This document shows, one piece after another, positions 48,790 to 59,332 of a stretch of DNA of 64,000 bases. Numbering within the stretch: position 1 is the stretch's first letter; each line of letters begins with the position of its first letter. Made by a program: the position numbers and the translations under genes. Origin of the DNA: Lachnospiraceae bacterium (GTDB lineage: Bacteria; Bacillota; Clostridia; Lachnospirales; Lachnospiraceae); NCBI GenBank assembly GCA_045593085.1, contig JAZNWA010000027.1, positions 273-64,272 of the forward strand, given 5' to 3'. The notes beneath the pieces were generated by a model. The model saw nothing but the letters and a program-made list of their open reading frames with translations. It ran no database searches and was not told the origin of the DNA.

Positions 48790-49320
48790 GGGCCGTCGTA
48801 AGACGGCCTTTTTTTGTTTTTCTTATTAAAAAAGCGGAAGAGTCTTTTTCTTTTCATTTTTTTTGATTTCGAAAAAAGCCGGTATTTCCTTAGTCTTTCG
48901 CCCGGACTATAATTTTATGTTTTTCCACCAATTACACAAGCTCGTCCGATTTGTCCGCGGGTGGAAAACACTTATTGTCAGCACCTAACTTCCTCTAGGC
49001 GGATACGCTCGTATGTCTATTACATGCGGCGAAAAAACTCGGCCGAAGAAAAAGCATTTCGGCCTCAGACAGTTTTCGCCTGCATGAACATTTACTCGCC
49101 GCATCCGCCAAGAGGAACTAAGATGCTTCCCAAGGTGTTTTTGCGCTCCGCGAACAAATGCGGTCGAGCTTGTGTAATTTTGGAAAAATATAAAACATCA
49201 AAATGTTCGGGCGAAAGGACTTAGGAAATCCCAGGCTTTTTCGACGAAAAGAAAATGGAAAGCAAAAAGATTCTTTTGCATTTTTATATACAAAAAGAAA
49301 AAGCCGTCTTGCGACGGCCC
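48790..49320. repeat. 531-bp imperfect palindrome with terminator hairpins at both ends
   Basis: Arms align in inverted orientation from GGGCCGTCGTAAGACGGCC / GCCGTCTTGCGACGGCCC inward to the apical GGCCGAA(49041-47)-10 nt-TTCGGCC(49058-64). Confidence 0.9.
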
Positions 49321-49343
49321 TTATTTTTATTGATTTTAATGAT

Positions 49344-50594
49344 TTATAGCATTACCGGGAAAATATAATCATTTTTACCGGCAACTTTGGTTAAATATAA
49401 TTCCCGCGCAAACAAGTCCTTTTTTAATAGGGAAAGCGCATCATCATCCAACAGGCTTTGTGCTTTTTTTACATTGGACAAAAGCGGTGCAAGCTGAAGA
49501 GACGAGACGTAGGACAGTAGGTCGGTCCGGCATTTTTTGAAACCAAGGATACGAATATACGGAACCGGAGATTCTTTTAAAAGGCACATGTCACTTTCTG
49601 TTATGTTTAATATGATGTGCAATAAAAAGCGGCTAACCCGCGCGTAGGTAATATCCTTTGTTTGCAGAGTTTTGCAGAAATCGGAAAAGGAGGTATAGGT
49701 TGATAATTGATTCAAGATACGATTGGACAATTCTTCGTTTCCGTCTGCGTAATCCGAAAAGCCGTGGGCTTTTTGGGATAAAATGCAATAGTTTAACTCG
49801 TTAGAAAAATCATTTTCCGTTACCGGAGTGTGATGTTCAAAATAGGATTGTAATAAGGCTACATCATGCGTCGGGACATAACTTTGCCATCCGTTCAGCG
49901 TATTTTTGGCAAATAAGTCACGAAGTGCAGTTGCGGAGCAGATATTTTCACTGGTAGATAAAGAGTGATAGTCTGTTCCAATACGTTGAATCGGGCATAG
50001 TTCAACCGGTTTATGCAACTTATGGCTTTTTTCTAAGCGTTTTAAGGCCTTGAGATATTCAATGGCCAAAATATTATTCGGTTGTTTCAGAAACTGTTCT
50101 AATTCTTCTTTTGAACAATCGCAACCTTCAGCAAAAGACGATGAAAAATGTTCTATCGTTGCCTGACAGCGGGCGGTTGGAAAGGACAGCCCGTCCTTTA
50201 AGTAAGCTTGTAAAGTCTTTTTATAAGTGTCCGGTTCTTCTATATATAATGTGGCCAGTTTTTGTAAGAGAGGGATGGAAGGGGTTTCGCATCCAAACAC
50301 AAGAACATCGATGCCGGAGGCAACCAATAAGGATATACTTCCAAAGGCAAAGGCTTCCGCACTGGCAGTAGAGTAAGGAACCGGAATTTGAAGAACCATA
50401 TCGGCACCGGAATGAAGGGCAGAAATAGTTCGCAGCTCTTTGTCTATGACAGCGGGAGTACCCCGTTGAACAAAATCACCGCTCATAGCAACAATGAGGG
50501 AATCGCAACCGGTTATAGAACGCGCCTTTTGGATTTGATAAGCATGGCCGTTATGAAATGGATTGTATTCAGCAACAATGCCTGCGATTTTCAT
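49344..50594 (-). CDS. tmcAL: tRNA(Met) cytidine acetate ligase / HIGH nucleotidyltransferase (YlbM family)
   Basis: GIVAEYNPFHNGH, MSGDFVQRG, PNNILAIEY, SATALR. Confidence 0.88.
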   Translation of the reverse strand: MKIAGIVAEYNPFHNGHAYQIQKARSITGCDSLIVAMSGDFVQRGTPAVIDKELRTISALHSGADMVLQIPVPYSTASAEAFAFGSISLLVASGIDVLVFGCETPSIPLLQKLATLYIEEPDTYKKTLQAYLKDGLSFPTARCQATIEHFSSSFAEGCDCSKEELEQFLKQPNNILAIEYLKALKRLEKSHKLHKPVELCPIQRIGTDYHSLSTSENICSATALRDLFAKNTLNGWQSYVPTHDVALLQSYFEHHTPVTENDFSNELNYCILSQKAHGFSDYADGNEELSNRILNQLSTYTSFSDFCKTLQTKDITYARVSRFLLHIILNITESDMCLLKESPVPYIRILGFKKCRTDLLSYVSSLQLAPLLSNVKKAQSLLDDDALSLLKKDLFARELYLTKVAGKNDYIFPVML

Positions 50595-50666
50595 AGGGAG
50601 TCTCCTTTTGTATAAGATAGTATAGTTATGGCGGTACCCATTTGTCTGATGGTTACCGCCTTGGAG

Positions 50667-51617
50667 TTACTTGCCGATGGACCAGGTTCTGCGGATGTCA
50701 TCTTTAATCTGGTCAAAGGTCCAGGTTAAAGTGCTACGATAAGCACATTTTGGATCGTTTATTTTGAAACCGTTTTCATCGTATCCGTAAATTACGATGA
50801 AATGTCCACCGTATGTAAAATCACCCGGACGGACGGAACAAATTAAAACATTGCCTTTGTCTAATTCGGCTTTCAAATAGTTTTCATTTAGGTATACATG
50901 AGATACGTTTAAGTCATAAAGCGTTGGGTAATGGTCTAAGAAAGACCAGGCCGTGCCCACATCTTTTACATAGTAATTATGCTCCAAACTGTATTTGGCA
51001 ACCACATCCGGAGTTACGTCAGGATTTTTGGTCAGGTAAAAGACAGCCATGGCCAGGCAGGTAGGTCCGCAACCGGAGGTGCCCATAGTACCTTCTGAGC
51101 CGTATTGCATATAGCCCCACCGATAATCCCATTGTAACAAAAGTGGAAAATCACTGTTTAATTCTGCCTCAGTATAAAAACCATAAATATCTTGAACCGG
51201 GTTTAAGTAATTTAAAGTAAAATCAAGCATTTCCGGGTTATTTGCCAATGCAATGATGATGTTGTCGGCATACAGAGCTTCGTTATTGTAAACCTGCATC
51301 ATTTTAGGATAGGTTTCGGAAAGCGTTTTGATTCGTACCAGTGCCTCAGCACGATTTAAAATGATTGGGGCATCCACGTGGCCAAGAATACTGCTGGTTG
51401 AGGAGCTTTCATATGGTGCCGCATAGTCATGAAACTTATCACGGGAAATCCCGGTAACCTGCTGAGGGACTTGTTCGGACGGAGTTTCTGCGACAACGCC
51501 AATCGGTTTGCTTAAGGCATCCAGGTTCAGAGGATTCACAACCATAAACAACAAAAGCAGAAACAACGTTATACATATGAAAATTAAAATAAAAAATAAA
51601 AATTTATTTTTTTTCAT
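50667..51617 (-). CDS. C39-like peptidase family membrane-anchored protein
   Basis: N-terminal TM; LLQWDYRW, SGCGPTCLAM, GGHFIV, INDP catalytic motifs. Confidence 0.85.
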   Translation of the reverse strand: MKKNKFLFFILIFICITLFLLLLFMVVNPLNLDALSKPIGVVAETPSEQVPQQVTGISRDKFHDYAAPYESSSTSSILGHVDAPIILNRAEALVRIKTLSETYPKMMQVYNNEALYADNIIIALANNPEMLDFTLNYLNPVQDIYGFYTEAELNSDFPLLLQWDYRWGYMQYGSEGTMGTSGCGPTCLAMAVFYLTKNPDVTPDVVAKYSLEHNYYVKDVGTAWSFLDHYPTLYDLNVSHVYLNENYLKAELDKGNVLICSVRPGDFTYGGHFIVIYGYDENGFKINDPKCAYRSTLTWTFDQIKDDIRRTWSIGK

Positions 51618-51734
51618 AATAACTCCTTGCAATTGCATAATCTTCTCATTATTATATCATTAAATAGAAAAAAGTTCACGAAAAATAAGAAAAAACCACT
51701 ATTTTTTTTCTGAAACGAAGGTTGTAAATTTTTG

Positions 51735-51763
51735 TTGACAAACTGATGTCGGCTAGGTATAAT
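51735..51763 (+). promoter_or_regulatory. Sigma-A promoter of yceD-rpmF
   Basis: Consensus TTGACA-17 nt-TATAAT. Confidence 0.85.
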
Positions 51764-51789
51764 TGATTGAGTGCGAGTAGGAGTAGGTT

Positions 51790-52314
51790 ATGCAGATTGA
51801 ATTATTAGAGTTAATCTCCCGAAATAATAAGGAGATTCAGACGGAAGTTCATATTGAAACAGATCACTTCCGGATTAATTCCGATAGCCTGCCTATTACG
51901 AAAAAGAGTTCATTGGGATTGCACATCCAGAATACGGACGGTCATAAGTTGTTGATTGAAGCAAAGGGTCAGGTAACCATTGTTGCCAATTGCGACCGTT
52001 GTTTGACAGAGGTTCCGGTGGAAATTGATTTGGATTTCTCTAAGGAATTTGTCATTGAAGACCAGAAACTGGTTTTTGAAGACTTGGATGCTGCAGAATA
52101 CATTGAAGGACAGATATTGGATACAGACAGACTTGTCTATGATGAAATTTTGGTTAACTGGCCTATGAAGGTTCTGTGCAAGGACGATTGCAAAGGCATT
52201 TGCAATAAGTGCGGCATTAATCTGAATTTGCAAGACTGTACTTGCGACAGGACAGTAGTAGATCCAAGGATGGCTGCTATACAAGACATATTTAACAAAT
52301 TTAAGGAGGTGTAA
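51790..52314 (+). CDS. yceD: DUF177 (YceD) family protein
   Basis: CDRCL and LCKDDCKGICNKCGINLN...CTC...DPR; precedes rpmF. Confidence 0.9.
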   Translation: MQIELLELISRNNKEIQTEVHIETDHFRINSDSLPITKKSSLGLHIQNTDGHKLLIEAKGQVTIVANCDRCLTEVPVEIDLDFSKEFVIEDQKLVFEDLDAAEYIEGQILDTDRLVYDEILVNWPMKVLCKDDCKGICNKCGINLNLQDCTCDRTVVDPRMAAIQDIFNKFKEV

Positions 52315-52317
52315 CTG

Positions 52318-52497
52318 ATGTCAATTTGTCCAAAGAATAAATCTTCTAAAGGTAGAAGAGATCAGAGAAGAGCTAACTGGAAGATGAGCGCTCCAAACTT
52401 AGTTAAATGTAGCAAATGTGGAGCATTAATGATGCCTCACAGAGTATGTAAGGCTTGTGGATCTTACAATAAGAAAGAAATCATTCCTCAGGAGTAA
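52318..52497 (+). CDS. rpmF: 50S ribosomal protein L32 (not in the ORF track)
   Basis: Manual translation MSICPKNKSSKGRRDQRRANWKMSAPNLVKCSKCGALMMPHRVCKACGSYNKKEIIPQE; AAGGAGG RBS. Confidence 0.96.
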   Translation: MSICPKNKSSKGRRDQRRANWKMSAPNLVKCSKCGALMMPHRVCKACGSYNKKEIIPQE

Positions 52498-52522
52498 TTT
52501 CTGAAGTGTAAATGAAAGAATC

Positions 52523-52558
52523 AAGGACCGGAAGCAAAGGCTTTCCGGTTCTTTTTTT
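52523..52558 (+). terminator. Terminator after rpmF
   Basis: AAGGACCGGAA / TTCCGGTTCTT plus T-tract. Confidence 0.8.
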
Positions 52559-52676
52559 CTTGTGACAAAAGCAAAGTATTTTTTGTATTTGCATTGAGAC
52601 AAAAAAGTACATCTTTTTTTGTTGAAATTTAAAAAAGGATATAGTATATTTTTTTTATACGTGATGGAGGTAGAAT

Positions 52677-53723
52677 ATGGAACAGATTACGAGAGTAGTA
52701 TTAGATGCTATGGGTGGCGATAACGCTCCGGCTTCTATTATTAGGGGCGCAATCGATGCTGTAAACAGTCGCAAAGACATTGTGGTTATTTTGACCGGAC
52801 AGCAGGAAGTCATTGAAAAAGAACTTGCACAATATTCTTATCCTAAGAATCAGATTGAAATTGTCGATGCGAGAGAGATTATAGAAACGGCGGAGTCACC
52901 GGTTGTGGCAATCCGTAAAAAGAGAGACTCGTCGATTGTAGTAGGTTTAAATTTGGTGAAAAAGGGAGAGGCAGCCGCTTTTGTTTCTGCAGGAAGCTCC
53001 GGGGCTATTTTGGCCGGCGGACAGCTTTTAGTCGGCAGAATGAAAGGTGTGGAACGTCCACCACTTGCACCGCTGATTCCTACGGAAAAAGGAGTATCTT
53101 TATTAATCGACTGCGGAGCAAACGTGGATGCAAGAGCATCTCATCTGGTTCAGTTTGCCAAGATGGGTTCTGTTTATATGGAAAATATCATTGGTATAAA
53201 AAATCCGCGCGTAGCCATAGTAAATATTGGCGCAGAAGAAGAAAAAGGAAATCAGCTTGTAAAAGAGACATTTCCATTGTTGAAGGCTTGTGAAGATATT
53301 AACTTTATTGGAAGTATCGAAGCCAGAGAGATTCCGCATGGCGGCGCTGATGTTATTGTGTGTGAAGCCTTTGTGGGAAATGTAATTTTGAAGCTCTATG
53401 AAGGCGTAGGTGCAACGATGATTTCTATTATTAAAGGCGGTCTTATGACCACTTTAAGAAGTAAAATCGGTGCATTACTTGTGAAACCTGCGTTGAAAGA
53501 AACCATGAAAGCATTTGATGCCAGTCAGTATGGCGGGGCACCGCTTTTAGGATGTAAGGGATTAGTGGTTAAGACCCACGGAAATGCAACAGAGAAGGAA
53601 GTTATGAATTCCATCTTACAGTGCGTAACATTTAAAGAGCAGAGAATCAATGAGAAAATTATGGAACATTTAATTGTTCCGGAAGAAGAAACAAAAGAAA
53701 TAAAAGAAACAGAAGGGAATTAA
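52677..53723 (+). CDS. plsX: Phosphate acyltransferase
   Basis: [34 protein letters not shown]. Confidence 0.96.
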   Translation: MEQITRVVLDAMGGDNAPASIIRGAIDAVNSRKDIVVILTGQQEVIEKELAQYSYPKNQIEIVDAREIIETAESPVVAIRKKRDSSIVVGLNLVKKGEAAAFVSAGSSGAILAGGQLLVGRMKGVERPPLAPLIPTEKGVSLLIDCGANVDARASHLVQFAKMGSVYMENIIGIKNPRVAIVNIGAEEEKGNQLVKETFPLLKACEDINFIGSIEAREIPHGGADVIVCEAFVGNVILKLYEGVGATMISIIKGGLMTTLRSKIGALLVKPALKETMKAFDASQYGGAPLLGCKGLVVKTHGNATEKEVMNSILQCVTFKEQRINEKIMEHLIVPEEETKEIKETEGN

Positions 53724-53728
53724 AGATT

Positions 53729-53959
53729 ATGGAATTTGAAAAGATCAAAGAGATTATTGCAGAAGTATTAAATGTTGATGTTAACGAAATCACCATGGAA
53801 ACCACATTTGTGGATGACCTTGGAGCAGATTCATTGGATGTATATCAGATCATCATGGGAATTGAATCTGAATTTGATATTGAAATTGATAATGATGAAG
53901 CAGAAAACATTGTAACTGTTGGTGACGCAGTAGACCAGATTAAGAACGCTATGAACTAA
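53729..53959 (+). CDS. acpP: Acyl carrier protein
   Basis: DLGADSLD phosphopantetheine motif. Confidence 0.96.
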   Translation: MEFEKIKEIIAEVLNVDVNEITMETTFVDDLGADSLDVYQIIMGIESEFDIEIDNDEAENIVTVGDAVDQIKNAMN

Positions 53960-53963
53960 TAGT

Positions 53964-53993
53964 AAAAAGGACTGTCTTACGGCAGTCCTTTTT
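53964..53993 (+). terminator. Terminator after acpP
   Basis: AAAAAGGACTGTC-TTAC-GGCAGTCCTTTTT. Confidence 0.8.
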
Positions 53994-54026
53994 GAGCATA
54001 TGATTTGCATATAAAAAGGAAAAAAG

Positions 54027-54713
54027 ATGAACGGATTAAAGTTGTTTCAAGGAAAAATTGGGTACAATTTCGAGAATGAAGACCTGTTGATACAGGCGTT
54101 GACCCATAGTTCTTATGCCAATGAAAAAAGACTTCCAAAACTTTCCGACAATGAACGTTTGGAATTTTTAGGAGATGCGGTTTTAGAACTGGTAACCAGT
54201 GAATTTTTATATCAGAAATACAATCAGATTCCGGAAGGAGATTTGACAAAAAAACGCGCAAGTATTGTCTGTGAGCAGACCTTGGCACTGTGCGCGAAAG
54301 AAATCGACTTGGGAGCACATATCTTACTGGGAAAAGGTGAAGATATAACCGGGGGAAGAGAAAGAAAGTCTATTGTATCCGATGCGATGGAAGCCGTTAT
54401 CGGGGCAATTTTTTTGGATGGCGGTCTTACTAATGCAAAAGAGTTTATTCTTCGATATGTACTGACGGACATCGAGAGTAAGGAACTTTTTTACGATAGC
54501 AAGACGATTTTGCAGGAATTGGTTCAGGGCTCTTATGAGGAGGAACTACGATATATCATTGTGAAAGAGGAAGGGCCGGATCACGCAAAAAAATTCTATG
54601 TAGAAGTTCGAATCGGACAGCAGCTTATTGCCACCGGTGAGGGCTCTTCAAAGAAGATGGCTGAGCAGGAGGGCGCATATAAAGCACTTCTGTCACTGAA
54701 GAAGAAAGGTTAG
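54027..54713 (+). CDS. rnc: Ribonuclease III
   Basis: NERLEFLGDAVL, SDAMEAVIGA, dsRBD (GPDH, GSSKKMAEQ). Confidence 0.96.
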   Translation: MNGLKLFQGKIGYNFENEDLLIQALTHSSYANEKRLPKLSDNERLEFLGDAVLELVTSEFLYQKYNQIPEGDLTKKRASIVCEQTLALCAKEIDLGAHILLGKGEDITGGRERKSIVSDAMEAVIGAIFLDGGLTNAKEFILRYVLTDIESKELFYDSKTILQELVQGSYEEELRYIIVKEEGPDHAKKFYVEVRIGQQLIATGEGSSKKMAEQEGAYKALLSLKKKG

Positions 54714-54719
54714 TAATTT

Positions 54720-57700
54720 ATGTATTTGAAAAGTTTGGAGGTGCAGGGCTTTAAGGCGTTTGCACACAAGATTAATTTTGAATTTCATAACGGTATCACC
54801 GGAATCGTAGGTCCAAACGGTAGTGGTAAGAGTAACGTAGCCGATGCGGTGCGTTGGGTACTTGGTGAACAGAGAGCGCGTCAGCTTCGTGGAGCAAACA
54901 TGCAGGACGTTATCTTTGCAGGTACAGAGAGCAGAAAACCATTAAGTTCTGCATCTGTATCCATTACTCTTGATAACTCTGACCGTCAGTTGGCGATTGA
55001 TTTTTCCGAAGTGACTGTTACAAGAAGAGTTTACCGTTCCGGCGAGAGTGAGTACTTAATCAATGGTACGCCTTGTCGTTTAAAAGATGTAAACGAATTG
55101 TTTTATGATACCGGTATTGGTAAGGATGGTTATTCCATTATCGGACAGGGCCAGATTGACCGAATCTTAAGCGGTCGTCCGGAGGAAAGACGAGAACTGT
55201 TTGATGAAGCGGCAGGTATCGTAAAATTTAAACGTCGTAAGGCAGAAGCGCAGAGAAAGCTTGAAAATGAACGAAACAATCTGGTTCGTTTGAATGATAT
55301 TTTAGGTGAAATCGAAAAGCAGCTTGGTCCATTGGAAAGACAGTCTGATGTGGCGAAGACTTTTTTGCGTAAGAGAAGTCAGTTAGAAACTTATGAAGTG
55401 AATATGTTCTTAATGGAAGTGGAGCGTATTAATGAACAATTGGATTCCATTGAGAAAAAGGCAAAAATCACAAAAGATGAACTTGATGATACAAACAAAG
55501 CAGTAGATGACATCAAGGCAGAATATGAAAAAATGGAAAGAGAATTGGAAGCGGTTGATGAACGAATCAATCAGACAAGAGATGAACTTTCCAATACAAG
55601 CTTAATTAAAGGCAATTTGCAAGGTCAGATTAACGTTTTGGAGGCAGAGATTAAGGCGGCTGAAAACAGTGATGAGCAGTTCAAGAGCCGTGTAGACAGT
55701 ATCGATGCCAATATTTCTGACCGTCGTTTGCAGAAAGACAATTATGACAATCAACAGGCACAGTTGCAGGAAACAGTTAATGCTACAACCGCTAAATTAA
55801 GCGTAGCAAGAGAAGAACTGGCGCGTATTCAGAACGAGATTTCCCATTGTAATACCGGTATCGAAGCCGGAAAAAATGAAATTATCGAATTGTTAAATGC
55901 AAAGGCTACCATTAAAGCAAAACAGCAGAAATTCGATACCATGTTAGAACAGATAAATATCCGTAAAGCCCAGTTGAACCAGAGACTTTTACAGAAAAAA
56001 TCCGATGAAGCAGGAATGCTTGCGGATTTGAAAGTTTTTGAGGATGAATATCAGGAAATTACGGAAAATATCCGTAAAAAGACAGAAGAAGTAGGTGCTC
56101 TTGAAGGAAAGAAACAGCAATGGGCACAAAAGCGCCTGGAAGCAGGTAAGAAGTTGGAAGAGATTTCCATCCGCTATCATAAAGAGCAGTCCCGCTTAGA
56201 GTCTTTAAGAAATCTGGCAGAACGTTATGACGGATATGGAAACAGCATTAAAAAGGTAATGGAAAGAAAAGACACTGACAAAGGTATTGTGGGTGTTATT
56301 TCTGATATCATTCAGGTTGATAAGAAATATGAAATTGCAATTGAAACAGCACTAGGCGGAAACATCCAGAATATCGTAACCAAGGATGAAGAAGCAGCAA
56401 AGAGACAGGTTGCATTTTTGAAAGAAAATAAGCTGGGACGAGCAACCTTTTTACCACTTACCAGTGTAAAAGGCTGGGAAGATGATAAGACCCAGAGTGC
56501 CTTAAAAGAAAAGGATATGGGTGTCATCGGAAGAGCCGATGATCTTGTAAAAACAGATTCCATGTTTAAGGACATCATGGAATATTTGTTGTGCCGTGTG
56601 ATTGTGGTAGATACCATTGAAAATGGTTTGAAACTGGCAAAGAAATATCAGTATCAGTTAAGAATTGTTACGCTGGAAGGAGAACATTTAAATACCGGTG
56701 GTTCTATTACGGGCGGTGCTTATAAAAATAATAGTAATCTTTTGGGCAGAGGCAGAGAAATCGAGGAAATTGAACGTTCCATCAAGGCATTGGAAGAAGA
56801 ACAAAAACAGTTGAAAAACCGTTTGGAAGAGATTGCCGTTGCGGAAGATTTTGCCGTGGCAGATATTGCAACAGCCAAAGAAGCATTGGGCAAATTGCAG
56901 ATAGAAGCCAACACTGCAGAAATGAAAGTGGAAGCAGCCAGAAAGCAGAAAGAAGAAAGTGACCGCTTGTATGATGGTCTTCAGATGGAAACGGTTGAAA
57001 TTGAAGGGGAATTAAGCGAGATTACATTAGGTAAGAACAAAGCGTTAGAAGACCTGAACCGTTCCGATTTACGCACCAAAGAAATTGAAGCATTAAACAA
57101 AACACTTCAAGAATCCTTGGAGCAGAATATTTATATGGAAGAAGAGCAGTTAAAGCTTGTTTCTACCTTACAGATGGAAGAGGCCGGTGTTGCTCAGAGA
57201 AATGATTTCGTATTAGAAAATATTCGTCGAGTAGAAGAGGAAATCCGTCGTTTGGAAGAGGAAAAAGCGCAGGTTGTTGCGGCTGCCGGTGCTTCCAAAG
57301 AGGAAATTGAAACCAAAAAGAAGAATATTGAGCAAATCAAGCAGACAATCGCTGCCGGTGATGAAACCTATGCGAAATTGGATGAACAGTTAACGGCGTT
57401 ACAGAAGCAGAAAGAAGATATGAACTTAAGTCATAAAGGCTTCTTTGAAAAACGTGAAGAGTTGACAAATAAGCAGAGTGATTTGGATAAAGAATTATTC
57501 CGCTTAAATACACAGAAGGACAAGTTAAGTGAAAGTCTTGAAATGCAGAGTAACCATATGTGGGATGAATATGAATTGACCTTACATTCCGCTATGAAAC
57601 TTCGCAATCCGGAATATAACAATGCTGCAGAAATGAAGAGAAGCATTGCGACATTAAAGGATGAAATTAAGAAACTCGGTGACGTTAATGTTGGCGCTAT

Positions 57701-58286
57701 TGAGGAATTTAAAACCTTGTCTGAACGATATGAATTTATGTCCGGCCAGAGAGATGATTTGGTTGAAGCAGAGGCAAATCTTGTTGAAGTTATCGCGGAT
57801 TTGGATGAAGGCATGCGTAAGCAGTTTTTAGAGAAATTCGCTGAAATCCAGAAAGAATTTGATAAGGCGTTTAAAGAATTATTCGGTGGCGGCAAGGGCA
57901 CTTTGGAATTGCAGACAGATGAGGATGTATTAGAGTGCGGTATTATTATTACTGCACAACCGCCTGGAAAGAAATTGCAGAACATGATGCAACTTTCCGG
58001 TGGTGAAAAAGCTTTAACTGCCATTGCACTTTTATTTGCCATTCAGAATTTAAAACCGTCTCCGTTCTGTCTTTTAGACGAAATTGAGGCAGCACTTGAT
58101 GATTCCAACGTTGGACGTTTTGCAAAATATTTACATAAATTGACCAAGAATACACAGTTTATCATCATCACTCACAGAAGAGGTACGATGGCAGCGGCAG
58201 ACCGTTTGTATGGTATTACTATGCAGGAAAAAGGCGTATCTGCGTTGGTTAGCGTCAACCTAATCGAAGATGAGTTGGACGAGTAG
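54720..58286 (+). CDS. smc: Chromosome segregation protein SMC
   Basis: GPNGSGKSN, coiled coils, hinge (GRATFLPL), LSGGE, LLDEIEAALD. Confidence 0.97.
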   Translation: MYLKSLEVQGFKAFAHKINFEFHNGITGIVGPNGSGKSNVADAVRWVLGEQRARQLRGANMQDVIFAGTESRKPLSSASVSITLDNSDRQLAIDFSEVTVTRRVYRSGESEYLINGTPCRLKDVNELFYDTGIGKDGYSIIGQGQIDRILSGRPEERRELFDEAAGIVKFKRRKAEAQRKLENERNNLVRLNDILGEIEKQLGPLERQSDVAKTFLRKRSQLETYEVNMFLMEVERINEQLDSIEKKAKITKDELDDTNKAVDDIKAEYEKMERELEAVDERINQTRDELSNTSLIKGNLQGQINVLEAEIKAAENSDEQFKSRVDSIDANISDRRLQKDNYDNQQAQLQETVNATTAKLSVAREELARIQNEISHCNTGIEAGKNEIIELLNAKATIKAKQQKFDTMLEQINIRKAQLNQRLLQKKSDEAGMLADLKVFEDEYQEITENIRKKTEEVGALEGKKQQWAQKRLEAGKKLEEISIRYHKEQSRLESLRNLAERYDGYGNSIKKVMERKDTDKGIVGVISDIIQVDKKYEIAIETALGGNIQNIVTKDEEAAKRQVAFLKENKLGRATFLPLTSVKGWEDDKTQSALKEKDMGVIGRADDLVKTDSMFKDIMEYLLCRVIVVDTIENGLKLAKKYQYQLRIVTLEGEHLNTGGSITGGAYKNNSNLLGRGREIEEIERSIKALEEEQKQLKNRLEEIAVAEDFAVADIATAKEALGKLQIEANTAEMKVEAARKQKEESDRLYDGLQMETVEIEGELSEITLGKNKALEDLNRSDLRTKEIEALNKTLQESLEQNIYMEEEQLKLVSTLQMEEAGVAQRNDFVLENIRRVEEEIRRLEEEKAQVVAAAGASKEEIETKKKNIEQIKQTIAAGDETYAKLDEQLTALQKQKEDMNLSHKGFFEKREELTNKQSDLDKELFRLNTQKDKLSESLEMQSNHMWDEYELTLHSAMKLRNPEYNNAAEMKRSIATLKDEIKKLGDVNVGAIEEFKTLSERYEFMSGQRDDLVEAEANLVEVIADLDEGMRKQFLEKFAEIQKEFDKAFKELFGGGKGTLELQTDEDVLECGIIITAQPPGKKLQNMMQLSGGEKALTAIALLFAIQNLKPSPFCLLDEIEAALDDSNVGRFAKYLHKLTKNTQFIIITHRRGTMAAADRLYGITMQEKGVSALVSVNLIEDELDE

Positions 58287-58375
58287 ATAACAGATCGGAC
58301 AGTTCAAAGCGTAAATAAGGATAGCACGGAAACTTCGATGGTAAGATGGTCATATGTCAGAAAGGGTATGAACGG

Positions 58376-59299
58376 ATGAGTAAAGAAAAGACAGGCTTTT
58401 TTGGAAGACTTGTAAAAGGTCTTTCCAAGACGAGAGAAAGTATTGCCAATGGTATTGATGGGATTTTCCACGGCTTTTCCAATATTGACGAGGATTTTTA
58501 CGAAGAATTGGAAGAAGTGCTGGTTATGGCTGACTTGGGCATTCATACCACGCAGAGCATTATTGAAACGTTACGAAAAAAAGTAAAAGAGCAAGGCATC
58601 AAAGAGCCGCAGGATTGTAAGGAATTGCTGATGAGCAGTATCCGGGAGCAGATGGCGGTTCCGGAAGATGCATATAAATTTGAAGAGGTTCCGTCTGTTG
58701 TACTGATGGTTGGAGTGAACGGTGTTGGAAAAACAACTACCGTCGGAAAACTGGCAGGAAAGTATAAACAGGCAGGGAAAAAGGTTGTTTTAGCAGCTGC
58801 AGATACGTTCCGTGCAGCAGCCGGCAATCAGCTGGCAGAATGGGCAAAAAGAGCCGATGTAGAGATGATTGGCGGAACAGAAGGCGCAGATCCTTCTTCT
58901 GTTTTATATGACGCAGTATCCTCTGCAAAAGCAAAAAAAGCAGACATTCTTTTGTGCGACACCGCCGGAAGACTTCATAATAAGAAGAACCTGATGGAAG
59001 AACTTCGTAAGATGAATCGTGTGTTAGAACGTGAATACCCGGATGCGTACAGAGAAACGTTGGTTGTAGTGGATGCAACGACGGGACAAAATGCCCTTGC
59101 CCAAGCAAAACAGTTTAATGAAGTTGCTGAAATTTCCGGTGTTATTTTAACCAAAATGGATGGCTCGGCGAAAGGTGGTATTGCAGTTGCAATCCAGGCA
59201 GAATTGGGCGTTCCGGTAAAATATATCGGCGTTGGCGAAACCATTGAGGATTTGGAAAAATTCAATCCGGACGAATTTGTCGAAGCTTTGTTTGCATAG
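58376..59299 (+). CDS. ftsY: SRP receptor FtsY
   Basis: GVNGVGKTTT, DTFRAAA, DTAGR, TKMDGSAKGG. Confidence 0.96.
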   Translation: MSKEKTGFFGRLVKGLSKTRESIANGIDGIFHGFSNIDEDFYEELEEVLVMADLGIHTTQSIIETLRKKVKEQGIKEPQDCKELLMSSIREQMAVPEDAYKFEEVPSVVLMVGVNGVGKTTTVGKLAGKYKQAGKKVVLAAADTFRAAAGNQLAEWAKRADVEMIGGTEGADPSSVLYDAVSSAKAKKADILLCDTAGRLHNKKNLMEELRKMNRVLEREYPDAYRETLVVVDATTGQNALAQAKQFNEVAEISGVILTKMDGSAKGGIAVAIQAELGVPVKYIGVGETIEDLEKFNPDEFVEALFA

Positions 59300-59332
59300 T
59301 TTTACAAAAGAAGACATTTTTAAATAGGAGTT

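Noticed and set aside
48961-49224. 87-aa ORF inside the long palindrome
   Set aside because: GTG start without a convincing RBS and atypical composition; the region is explained by the inverted repeat.
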